64,000 bases of DNA from an uncultured Acidobacteriaceae bacterium. GTDB taxonomy: Bacteria; Acidobacteriota; Terriglobia; Terriglobales; Acidobacteriaceae. The notes under the pieces were generated by a model. It did not search any database. It saw only the letters and a program-made list of their open reading frames with translations, and was not told the DNA's origin. Numbering within the stretch: position 1 is the first letter of the stretch; the number at the start of each line of letters is the position of its first letter. The position numbers were made by a program, and so were the translations under genes. Of this stretch, positions 1 through 9,165 are shown piece after piece. The stretch covers positions 5,759 through 69,758 of the forward strand of contig CAVRNL010000015.1 of the NCBI GenBank assembly GCA_963722485.1, written 5' to 3'.

Positions 1-1591
1 TGCCGACCGGCTTGGTGGTGTAAAAAGGATCGAAGACGCGCTCGGGATCGCGCAGGCCGGGGCCGGAGTCGGCGAACTGGACGACCACTTCGTTGCCTTC
101 GCGCCAGAGCGAGACCTGTAGACGCCCGCCGCCGACTTCCTGTAACGCGTCCACCGCGTTCTCGACAATTTGAAGAAAGGCCTGCAGGAGCTGGTTGGCG
201 TTGCCGAGGACGCGAGGCAGCGGATCTTCGCTTTCCACGGTCAAACTGATCGTCTTGCGTTCGAGTTTGAACCCTTCCATTTGAACCGCGCGCTGCAAAA
301 GAGGCTTTAGATCGAGAGGACTTTTTTCTCCCGGAGTCTGCTGGGCGAAGCTGAGCAGATCGCCGACGAGTTCGCGGGTGCGCCGCGCCTGCTGGCCGAT
401 TTTCTGCGCGTTGGAGAGTTGCTCGCGGCTCAGGTTGCTGCTGGCGGCCATACGTTCGGAACTGCGCAGGATGGCCGCGAGCGGGTACTCCAGTTCGCCG
501 GCGGCCAGCGCGATCAGTTCTCCGAGGGAAGCCAGCTTGGCTTGTTGGATCACTCTTCCCTGCAGCCGCTGCAGGTTGTCAAAGCTCTTGCGCGAATGAT
601 TGAGCAGGTGCAAAAGCCGCTGGTCCAGCAGGTGCTGTTTGAGGAAAACGAAAAAGGCCAGCACGGCAACACCGCCCATAGTCACCGCAAAGCGGACGTG
701 GCGCAGATAAGGCTGGTCGTGGCTCAGGAACAGTGCCCAATATCCCATGAGGGGCAGAGAGAACAAGGCAAATTTCGCAAGGTGGGGTGCAATCGGGCGG
801 CTGGCGCGGGTGCGCGAAGGCATCATCTCGGCGTCACGAAGACAATGCCCCCCGGCGATGGGGACCCAGAGGAACCAAAGCACAGCTGTGAGGACCGGGA
901 GATCGTAGATTCCGCCAGTCTTGTAGGTGCCGCGCATGACGGCCGTATGCATGGCTTCGGCAGCGAATGTATAGAGACCACTGGCGAAAAAAATGTTGCG
1001 ATAGAGTTCGCGCCATGGCCCTCCAGTGGTGAAAAATGCCGATGCCGACACGGCAATCAGAATCGCTCCCTCGATGAAATACAGAAGATCCCAGCGCAGG
1101 TTGTACACCGGGACATTGATGACCATGTATTCCTCGGGAAAAACGAAGAAGGCGTAGACCACGAGCCACCACACCAGCAGGATGAGGACATTCAGTGTGC
1201 TCGGCAACACCCCCTCGCGTTCATCCGCCTGATGGGGGCGTATCGACACCGCCGCCATGATGGGCACAGTGTGCAGGAACAACAGGATGTCCCCCTGAAA
1301 AGGGTGGGGCAGCGGCTTGCGAGCCAGCACCTCAAACCACGTCCAGCAGGCCGCGTTAGAACCCCACATGGCCATGCCCGCAGCCATAAGACTCCAGAAC
1401 AGGCGCGTATGCCCGTGGCTATCGAAGGCGTTTCTGGCGGACAGGATGAACGCCGCCGTGATCACCAGCAGTGGGACCAGGTCCCCCATGGCCACGCGAA
1501 AGAATGCGTTCGGAAACACTACCGGCGCCAGAACAAAGATCAGCAGTAGACAGGCGCCGCCGAGGAGCGCCGAAATTTGGAGTCGAGACAC
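1..1591 (-). CDS. sensor histidine kinase, partial (C-terminus runs off the window)
   Basis: The minus frame is open from the window edge to GTG at 1591. Reverse translation of 1-210 gives LGNANQLLQAFLQIVENAVDALQEVGGGRLQVSLWREGNEVVVQFADSGPGLRDPERVFDPFYTTKPVG, which carries HATPase_c N/G boxes. Region 600-1590 encodes several hydrophobic helices. It is absent from the ORF track because it is edge-truncated. Confidence 0.75.
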   Translation of the reverse strand, partial: MSRLQISALLGGACLLLIFVLAPVVFPNAFFRVAMGDLVPLLVITAAFILSARNAFDSHGHTRLFWSLMAAGMAMWGSNAACWTWFEVLARKPLPHPFQGDILLFLHTVPIMAAVSIRPHQADEREGVLPSTLNVLILLVWWLVVYAFFVFPEEYMVINVPVYNLRWDLLYFIEGAILIAVSASAFFTTGGPWRELYRNIFFASGLYTFAAEAMHTAVMRGTYKTGGIYDLPVLTAVLWFLWVPIAGGHCLRDAEMMPSRTRASRPIAPHLAKFALFSLPLMGYWALFLSHDQPYLRHVRFAVTMGGVAVLAFFVFLKQHLLDQRLLHLLNHSRKSFDNLQRLQGRVIQQAKLASLGELIALAAGELEYPLAAILRSSERMAASSNLSREQLSNAQKIGQQARRTRELVGDLLSFAQQTPGEKSPLDLKPLLQRAVQMEGFKLERKTISLTVESEDPLPRVLGNANQLLQAFLQIVENAVDALQEVGGGRLQVSLWREGNEVVVQFADSGPGLRDPERVFDPFYTTKPVG

Positions 1592-1834
1592 CGCTTTTGC
1601 ATCATATGCCGTTCGCGACCGGATGTTTAGATCTCAAAGTGGTGACCAGAGGTTACCTCGGTAATGCTCCGGAGTGAGGCACGAGGAGGAGAGTTGCGTT
1701 TCCCCTCACCTCGCAGGGATCGCAATTCTTCCAAAAGTGCTTCTTCTCCTCCGCCAACTGCGTTACGCGTATCTCCCGGCAAAAGAAAAGGGGAGATTCG
1801 CTCTCCCCTCTCTTCCGTCAAATTGTTGCGTTCT

Positions 1835-2794
1835 CTACGGCTGCTCGTCCAGTTCTACCGTGTCGCCCGCGTGCACATCTTCCAGCGCGAAGACGACCAT
1901 GGCCGACGATGAGGTCGGGGTTACGTTCAGAACCACCACTTCTCCCACGGCGCGCCGCGGCAGATCGCGCACATGAATGTTCGGCCCTTTGGTTTTCTGG
2001 AAGCGATCGGCTTCAAAAGTTGGCGGCCGCACCTGCGTGTCTTCCGAAGTCTGGGCCTCGAAGGAAAGCGATTCCACCGGATCTTTCAAGGTGGATTCGT
2101 AGGAGCGCACCACGCGGAAATAGTCTCCCACCTTTACGCCCTGGTTTGAACCCATGCTCATATAAAGTTTCATGCCCGTGCCAAGCTCGCTGTCAAAATC
2201 TTTACCGAGCACGATCCGTCCGGTCAGCTTGCCATTCGCCGGCGCGAACCGGTCGAAATGCCCCGGCACGTGAAACGCAACCGGCAGTCTTTCCACGAAA
2301 GGCACAACGACATCTCCCGGGTTGATGGGATCACAGCTGAGTTCCACCTGGGCGATGGCACTGTGGCTGCGCGTATCGACGACCCGCACCCGCCCAATTT
2401 CCCCGTACGGACGGCCCGCGGCAGCCAGTACTTTCCTCTGTCCCGGATAGATTTCGTATTCGTTAACGTCCCGTATTTCACGGACGATCGAGTACAGTTG
2501 TCCCGCCTGGTAGCCGCTCCCCGCCAGGTAGACCAGTTCCCCGATCTCGAACTTGGTTGAGGTTGGTGTCTGCAAGCCCCCGTTTACGTAGTTCGCGTCG
2601 GGAATCCGGTTCTTGGTAATAAATCCGGCGCAATAAATGTCGGCCGCGGTAGGCGTCTGGAAACGCACGAATGGCACGTTGACCGACGTGTGGACGATAC
2701 CGTCGGCATCGGGCGTCACCGCAGTCGTCGACTGCTGCGACGCCGCCAAGGTCGCGGTCGCCATCAGCAGCAATAACAATCCTGTTTTCTTCAT
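1835..2794 (-). CDS. exported hypothetical protein with two similar beta-rich halves
   Basis: ORF 1835..2851. I moved the start to ATG 2794 because MKKTGLLLLLMATATLAASQ is a signal peptide. No family recognised. Confidence 0.6.
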   Translation of the reverse strand: MKKTGLLLLLMATATLAASQQSTTAVTPDADGIVHTSVNVPFVRFQTPTAADIYCAGFITKNRIPDANYVNGGLQTPTSTKFEIGELVYLAGSGYQAGQLYSIVREIRDVNEYEIYPGQRKVLAAAGRPYGEIGRVRVVDTRSHSAIAQVELSCDPINPGDVVVPFVERLPVAFHVPGHFDRFAPANGKLTGRIVLGKDFDSELGTGMKLYMSMGSNQGVKVGDYFRVVRSYESTLKDPVESLSFEAQTSEDTQVRPPTFEADRFQKTKGPNIHVRDLPRRAVGEVVVLNVTPTSSSAMVVFALEDVHAGDTVELDEQP

Positions 2795-3008
2795 GTTACC
2801 TCCAACTCCCAACCGTTTCGGGGATTCCCGGCTATCTCTCTCGGAAGACAAGGGTTACAGCCGAAAAGTAACAAGCGCCTGGGGATGGGTCAAGGTTACG
2901 AGGGTGTTTAGCCCTCTTGCTCCCAAAGTGCTTTTCGGAGCCATTTGGCAACCTTCATGTTGCATCTGCGCTTCCACCACTGTAATATCGCGCCGTCGTT
3001 GAAAACAA

Positions 3009-4574
3009 ATGGCCTTGGCTTTTTCTTCCACCGTCGCGCCACGTTTTCTGCCTATGCGCTTACCTAGGGTCTGCCTTGCGCTCAGCGGCGACTCTGCCGA
3101 AGACATGCTCGCGATCGCTGAATCCATGGCCCGGGACAATCCCTTCATCGAGTTCCGTTTGGATTACCTGAAACAGCCTCTGGCAGCGCTCCCCAATATC
3201 CATCGTTTCCTGGAGACCCATCAGTACGTCACCGCCATCGGCACCTGCCGCCGCGCCGACAATGGCGGAAAATTCAAAGGATCGCTGGCTTCGCAATTGG
3301 ATGTGCTCGCCAAGGCCCAAGCCGCCGGCTGTCAGATTGTCGATCTGGAACTCCAAAGCGCGCTGAAAGCAAAGCCCGAAGCGGTTGCGCGCCTGCGCAG
3401 CCGCGCCGGACTCATCGTCTCATTCCACGATTTCCACGCCACCCGCAAGCTCGAGGAGACGCTGGAAAAAATGCTGAAGATCCCGGCCGACTTCTACAAG
3501 GTCGTCACCACCGCCACCACACTCTCCGACAACGTGGCCATGATGAAGTTTCTGCAAACCCAGAGCGACAAGCACGCGCTCATCGGGTTGTGCATGGGAG
3601 AGCAAGGCATCATCAGCCGCGTGCTCAGCGTGCGCGCCGGCAGCGTTTTCACCTTTGGCGCGGTCAGCGCGGATCTTAAAACCGCGCCCGGCCAGGTCAG
3701 CGCGCGCGATCTGCACAGTATCTACCGCATCGAGCAAGTCGACGCCGCCACCCGCATCTATGGAGTCGCCGGCGATCCGATCGAGCATTCCCTGTCTCCG
3801 GTCATCATGAACACGGCGTTGCGCCGCGAGAACGTGAACGGCGTTTATCTTCCTCTCCACGCCAAAACGCTCAAGGATCTCATCCACTGCGCGCGCGAGA
3901 TTCCGCTCCACGGTCTCAGCATCACCATGCCCTACAAGCAGGCCATTCTTCCCTATCTCGATAACACCGACGCGCACACCGCCAAGATCGGCGCCTGCAA
4001 CACCGTCGTTCGCGGCCAGGAAGGCAAACTTTACGGTTTCAACACCGATATCGCCGGCGTAATTCGTCCCCTCGAACAGCGTCTCTCCATCGAGAACGCG
4101 AAAGCTCTTGTGCTCGGCGCCGGGGGCGCGGCCCGGGCCGCGGTGTTCGGCCTCAAAGAGCGCGGCGCCGAAGTCTGGATCCTGAATCGCACTGCCGTCA
4201 AAGCTCAGAAACTCGCCCGCCAGGCCAAGGCTCGAACCATCAAACGCGCCGACCTGCGCAAGGTCGCCTTCGACGTCATCGTCAACGCCACCCCCGTTGG
4301 CATGGGGAACACGCGCGACTGCCCGCTCAAGGATCAGGAGATTCAAGCCCGCGTCGTCTTCGACATGGTGTACGACCCGGTCGAGACCCACCTGCTGCAA
4401 GTGGCGCGCGCCAAGGGAATTGCCGTCATCCCCGGAGTGGAAATGTTCGTGCAGCAAGCTGCCCGCCAATTTGAAATCTGGACCGGGAAACCCGCTCCCG
4501 CCGGCGATATGCTGCGCGCGGTTACGATCGCCCTGCAAGAGCGCGCCGCGGCCCAAAAGCAGCAGAAATCCTGA
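3009..4574 (+). CDS. aroE: bifunctional 3-dehydroquinate dehydratase (type I) / shikimate dehydrogenase
   Basis: The N-terminal half is AroD-like (IEFRLDYL, SFHDF). The C-terminal half has AroE motifs SLSPVIMN, GLSITMPYKQ, NTDIAGV and GAGGAARA. An alternative start is ATG 3054. Confidence 0.85.
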   Translation: MALAFSSTVAPRFLPMRLPRVCLALSGDSAEDMLAIAESMARDNPFIEFRLDYLKQPLAALPNIHRFLETHQYVTAIGTCRRADNGGKFKGSLASQLDVLAKAQAAGCQIVDLELQSALKAKPEAVARLRSRAGLIVSFHDFHATRKLEETLEKMLKIPADFYKVVTTATTLSDNVAMMKFLQTQSDKHALIGLCMGEQGIISRVLSVRAGSVFTFGAVSADLKTAPGQVSARDLHSIYRIEQVDAATRIYGVAGDPIEHSLSPVIMNTALRRENVNGVYLPLHAKTLKDLIHCAREIPLHGLSITMPYKQAILPYLDNTDAHTAKIGACNTVVRGQEGKLYGFNTDIAGVIRPLEQRLSIENAKALVLGAGGAARAAVFGLKERGAEVWILNRTAVKAQKLARQAKARTIKRADLRKVAFDVIVNATPVGMGNTRDCPLKDQEIQARVVFDMVYDPVETHLLQVARAKGIAVIPGVEMFVQQAARQFEIWTGKPAPAGDMLRAVTIALQERAAAQKQQKS

Positions 4575-4910
4575 AGCCTCTCGATAATTTCCACTCGCGA
4601 AGCGCAGCTCTTTAGTTTGCTGGCAGCGCAAAATCAACGGCCCAAATGTGACCGTTGGCGACATTGGCGCCAAGGTCACTCGCACCGCAGCCGCCAGTCG
4701 CACCCTCGTAGCAAAGTGAGACAAATCGCCGATGCAGTCATCGCAAGAAAGGTTGCAAATAACACGGACCGGAAGTAGTATGGCTTTGGACGCGGTATTT
4801 CGCGTTCACCTTGTCCCAAAAAATCAAAACTTCCAGGTAGAAACGCAGCCCTAGCCTTAAACGAAATCTAAAGGGGTGCCCAAGACCCCGGTGCAATTCG
4901 GAGAGAATGC

Positions 4911-5657
4911 ATGTCGTGGTACGCGTACTGCCTCACGGAACACCAAACCCTCGCCAACGGTGTTCGCGCCCGCCGTCCTTTCGTCCTAGACGGAATTCAG
5001 GGTGTGAACTCCGCTCCGGTCATGAGTTACCCCAGCGGAGAATTCGCGGTGATCGTCAGCGAATATGACCGCGCAGCCTCCAAACTCGACGAAAAATCCG
5101 TCCTCGAACATGCCCGCGTGGTAAGCCAGAGCTTCCGCACCGCCACCGTCTTGCCCTTCCGCTTTGGCACGATTTTCGACACCGAAGACGCCATCCGTCA
5201 AGCCGTTCGCTCCAACCGCCGCACTTTCTGTGAGAGCGTGGCCCGGCTCCGGGGCAAGTCCGAAATGCGCATCAAGCTGATGGTCCGCGACGGTTCTCTG
5301 CGCGGCGCCATGGAAGAGATTGTCTTGCCCGATACCGTCGGCCGCGAGTACCTCACCAAGCTTCGCGAGAAGGCATCCCGCGAGCGTGAACGCCAGACCA
5401 AGGCCCGCGCCCTTTCCGTCCAAGTGCATAAGCTTTTTAATCCCCTCGAAGAAGAAATCAGCTGCAAGAGGGTCGATGCCGACGGCATGTTGCTCGATAT
5501 CGCGCACCTCATCGACACCAAATCGATCGAAAAATATCAGAACCGTTACAACACGGCTGCTAAGCAACTCAAGAATTGTGAACTGATCGTGACCGGTCCG
5601 TGGCCGCCCTACCATTTCCTGCCCGGCAAGGTGCGCACCGTAGCCGGCGACAGCTAG
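4911..5657 (+). CDS. GvpL/GvpF family protein (orphan)
   Basis: N-terminal YAYCL, central TVLPFRFGTIF, and C-terminal TGPWPPYHF, which is the GPWPPY signature of GvpL/GvpF. Confidence 0.6.
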   Translation: MSWYAYCLTEHQTLANGVRARRPFVLDGIQGVNSAPVMSYPSGEFAVIVSEYDRAASKLDEKSVLEHARVVSQSFRTATVLPFRFGTIFDTEDAIRQAVRSNRRTFCESVARLRGKSEMRIKLMVRDGSLRGAMEEIVLPDTVGREYLTKLREKASRERERQTKARALSVQVHKLFNPLEEEISCKRVDADGMLLDIAHLIDTKSIEKYQNRYNTAAKQLKNCELIVTGPWPPYHFLPGKVRTVAGDS

Positions 5658-5678
5658 AGACCCGAACCAGTTTGTCCC

Positions 5679-5708
5679 AAGCCCCCTTTCGAGGGGGCTT
5701 TTCTTTTG
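5679..5708. terminator. intrinsic terminator hairpin shared by convergent genes
   Basis: AAGCCCCC-TTTCGA-GGGGGCTT followed by TTCTTTT. It lies between the gvpF-like stop (5657) and the barrel gene stop (5723). Confidence 0.7.
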
Positions 5709-5722
5709 TGTGGGGACGGGGC

Positions 5723-7088
5723 CTAAAATCTCAATCCAAAGCCGGTTGTGAACTGCATGCCGTTGTCGTGGAAAGCTGGGTCCACGAAATTGCCTTTCGG
5801 GAAGAGAGGGCCCTGCGGAGCAAGAACTAGCGTGGAGCCGTAGAACGCCACGGTATGGCTAAGATCAAACCGCAGCATCGTCCGTCGGGATGGGTAACAT
5901 TCCAAGACTCCGCCGAAATCTACCGCAAAAATAAGTCCGCCGGTTGGCAGGGAAGGGCGGGTAATAATTGTCATGCACACTGCCGTAGCTGAGAAAGCCA
6001 GGGCGCGCCTTCGCGAAAACACCGAACCGCCGTGTATGGATCCCCGCCTTGGGGCCGAAAGAGCCTTGCAGTATTTTTCCGCCTCTAGCATCATCGCCCG
6101 CGTTGGGGGCCTTGTAAAAGTAATTGACCACGGAATCCATCGCCAGCCAGCGGTTGAAGTTGTACGTCAGTCGCCCGCCGAAACCGGGGTAATCTCCGAG
6201 GGACCAGGGAGTGAAAGTCTGGGTGTCAGTCACCTTACTACTTCCTAGGCTGAGTACTCCATACTGCCCACCAACTTCCCATTTTTGCGCTTTCTGAATG
6301 GCAACCGACCGATCATCCAACCGCCCCAAGCGGTAACTTAAGCCAGCGCTGACGAGAAGCGAGTTTCCTATGACACCGATGGCCGTAACGGCCCCTCCGT
6401 GCGTATCCGGAATGGGGTAGGTCCGGTCACCATAACGAAGCAGCATCTCGCTCACATCGAATCGGATGAATGTTCGCCGACTGGCATTGATTTCCATCGT
6501 GCCGCCCAGCTCCAGGGCGAGGTGGGTGCGGTGTCCGCCAGCGGACTCGATATAGAATGGCGTTCCGTTGGGCAACACCCCGGTCTGGACCTTAAGTACA
6601 TTGCTGAAGTTCGCAATGCCGGGACGCGCCTTCAGGAAAAAGCCAACTTCCCGCCAACGCCAACCGGCCTTGGGGCCAGCCATCGCCAGGAATGCTCGGC
6701 CACCACGTTGCGCCCCCGGTTGTGAAGTGCTGGGAAAGAAATCGCTTTCAGCGTCCCAAGCCAAGACAGGCGAGAAATTGAACGTGGCCCTGGCACCGAA
6801 TCCGCCCTTTTCGTCGGTACCTGCGATTGGATCGCTCAGTCTCAATGAGGCTCCCTGCGCGCCGATTTCCATGCGTGAGTAGGTCTGCGCGAATAGCGGC
6901 GCTCGGCAGGCCCCTGCCGCTAAAAACAAAAGAAGAACGCGGATCGAAGCCCTTGCTGTGGCTCGGCTAACTACCTTGGGGAGGCATGGAAGAAAGGCGC
7001 GGTCATTGATCTGATAAATCATGTTGAGTCCGGATGTGAGTATCATAATTGCGCGGACGATTTTTTCCCTGCCATGAATTTCTTCCAA
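5723..7088 (-). pseudogene. outer-membrane beta-barrel protein, frameshifted near 5938-5956
   Basis: ORF 5865..7088 has signal peptide IRVLLLFLAAGACRAPLFAQ and alternating beta-strand sequence. It loses frame, and ORF 5723..6094 continues in another frame to a barrel-type C-terminus, GFGLRF. Confidence 0.6.
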
Positions 7089-7376
7089 AGTGCAGCTTTG
7101 TGCATCCCGTGTAACGGCGCCTTGTGATCGCTTCCGCTGTTGCGCCTCGGCGATTCACCCTAAAATCCTGATTTGGAACAGGTTCCCAAAATGGGAGTCG
7201 CCCTCTCACCTACTTACCCCTTTGGTGCCGCAAATGCTCATTCATAATTCACTGAAGAGGTCGCCGTTGGAAACTTCACTCTCGATGTTCTTGACATCTC
7301 AATGTGTCCGTTCCCGTCCTGGAGCGGCGTCAAACTAGTCTCCTCAGATTCCCGCCACTTTCGCCTCTTTGAAAAG

Positions 7377-7404
7377 GGTGGCCCCGAAAGGGGCCGCTTT
7401 TTTT
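7377..7404 (+). terminator. strong intrinsic terminator 34 nt upstream of the tldD-like start
   Basis: GTGGCCCC-GAAA-GGGGCCGC (8 bp including one G:U) followed by TTTTTTT. Confidence 0.7.
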
Positions 7405-7437
7405 GTTGCGCCCGCTCCTGTACACTCGCGGTTTCCA

Positions 7438-9165
7438 ATGAATTTCAAAAAAGCGATCTCCCTAATCATCCTCCTCTCGCTGGTTGCCATCTTTGGCCAA
7501 AAACCGCTGCACGCCCAAAAGCCGCTTGCCGTGTCCGACGATCTCCTGCTCGCGACCATGGAGAAGGAACTGCATCGCGGCCAGTCCGAGCTCGCCAAAC
7601 AGGATCCCGCGCCCTACTTCACGAGCTACAACGTCACCGACGGTGAGTCGCTGGTCATTCTCAGCGCCCAGGGTGGCATCTTGACGTCCACTCATATCCG
7701 TCACCGTGCCGCCGACGTCAGCATGCGCATCGGTACCCCGGCTCTCGACAACACGCACGACCAGGAGCGCTACTCCGGCATTTCTTCCGGCCAGCTTCCG
7801 CAGCGGGACGACCCCGACGCCATCGCCCGCGTCCTTTGGCGCCTGACTTACGAGCAGTACCGCAAGGCCCGCCAAGCCTACACCAACGTAAAGACCAAGA
7901 CCGCCGTCCGCGCCAAGGACGAGGACGACTCGCCCGACTTCTCCCAGGAGAAGCCCTCGACCTACCTTGAAATTGAGAAAACTCCGTCGCCCGCGTTTCC
8001 CGAGCAAAAGGCTTGGGAGGAACTGGCCCGCCGCTATTCCGCTTCCTTCCGCCAGTATCCGCAGGTCGAAGAGTCCATGGTTTTTCTTTTTGCCGAGAGG
8101 GAGCACAGTTACCTGGTCTCGACCGAAGGCACGAAGATCGTCACCGCCGACGCCATCTTCCGCGTCATGATCCAGGCGGAAACCCGCGCCGACGACGGCA
8201 TGCAACTGATGCGCGTCGAAACTTTCCAGTTTTCCCACCCGTCAAAAGTCCCCTCCGAAGCGGAAGTGGCGGCGAGCGTGAAAAAGATGGCCACCGACTT
8301 GAGCGCGTTGCGCGCCGCTCCGCTCGCCGAGCCTTATAGCGGTCCAGCGTTGCTCTCTGGCCGGGCCGCCGCCGTTTTCTTTCACGAAGTGCTCGGCCAT
8401 CGCGTCGAAGGACAACGCCAGCGCGGCCGCGACGAAGGCCAGACTTTTACCAAGAAGGTGAACGAAAAAATTATGCCCGAGTTCCTCAGCGTCACCGACG
8501 ATCCCACGCTGCGCACTCTCGACGGCACGGAGTTGTCGGGCTTTTATCGCTTCGACGACGAAGGCATTCCCGCCGCCCGCGTCGAGGTGGTCAAGGATGG
8601 CATCCTGAAGAATTTTCTGATGGGACGATTGCCGGTGAAGAATTTCAGCAACTCGAATGGGCACGGCCGCGCGCAGTCTGGAATGATGCCGGTTGGCCGC
8701 CAGGGCAATCTGATCGTGACTTCTTCGAAAACGATTCCCGACGCTCAACTGCGCACCCGTTTCATCGAAGAAATCAAGAAGCAGGGGAAGCCCTACGGTC
8801 TCTATTTCGAAGACATCCAGGGCGGATTCACTCTGACCACGCGCGATCTGCCGCAAGCGTTTCAGGTGTTGCCCGTCATGGTGTGGCGCGTTTACGCAGA
8901 TGGGCGTCCCGATGAACTTGTCCGCGGCGTGGATATCGTCGGCACTCCGCTCACCGTCTTGACCGAGATCGCCGCCACCGGAGACACCACCAGCGTCTTC
9001 AACGGCATTTGCGGAGCCGAATCCGGCAGCGTTCCTGTATCCGCAGCCGCTCCAGCCATGTTGTTCTCGGAGATGGAAGTGCAGAAACGAAAGTACGGCG
9101 ACGCGCGGCCACCGATTCTTCCGCCTCCGCCCGGCGCAACCGAGGAGAAGGGAGGCAAGCAATGA
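7438..9165 (+). CDS. tldD: exported TldD-family metallopeptidase
   Basis: Signal peptide MNFKKAISLIILLSLVAIFGQKPLHAQ. HExxxH motif in FFHEVLGHRVEG. TldD/PmbA-type C-terminal region (GICGAESGSVPVS). Confidence 0.8.
   Translation: MNFKKAISLIILLSLVAIFGQKPLHAQKPLAVSDDLLLATMEKELHRGQSELAKQDPAPYFTSYNVTDGESLVILSAQGGILTSTHIRHRAADVSMRIGTPALDNTHDQERYSGISSGQLPQRDDPDAIARVLWRLTYEQYRKARQAYTNVKTKTAVRAKDEDDSPDFSQEKPSTYLEIEKTPSPAFPEQKAWEELARRYSASFRQYPQVEESMVFLFAEREHSYLVSTEGTKIVTADAIFRVMIQAETRADDGMQLMRVETFQFSHPSKVPSEAEVAASVKKMATDLSALRAAPLAEPYSGPALLSGRAAAVFFHEVLGHRVEGQRQRGRDEGQTFTKKVNEKIMPEFLSVTDDPTLRTLDGTELSGFYRFDDEGIPAARVEVVKDGILKNFLMGRLPVKNFSNSNGHGRAQSGMMPVGRQGNLIVTSSKTIPDAQLRTRFIEEIKKQGKPYGLYFEDIQGGFTLTTRDLPQAFQVLPVMVWRVYADGRPDELVRGVDIVGTPLTVLTEIAATGDTTSVFNGICGAESGSVPVSAAAPAMLFSEMEVQKRKYGDARPPILPPPPGATEEKGGKQ

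Noticed and set aside
419-1549. 376-aa plus-strand ORF
   Set aside because: It is antisense to the histidine kinase, whose HATPase motifs read clearly on the minus strand.
4911-7088. Gas-vesicle gene cluster
   Set aside because: Only a single GvpL/GvpF-like gene is present. The neighbour is a beta-barrel pseudogene, not a gvp gene.
7369-7437. Longer TTG start for the tldD-like gene
   Set aside because: The extension would be translated through the intrinsic terminator hairpin, and it precedes a perfect signal peptide that begins at ATG 7438.
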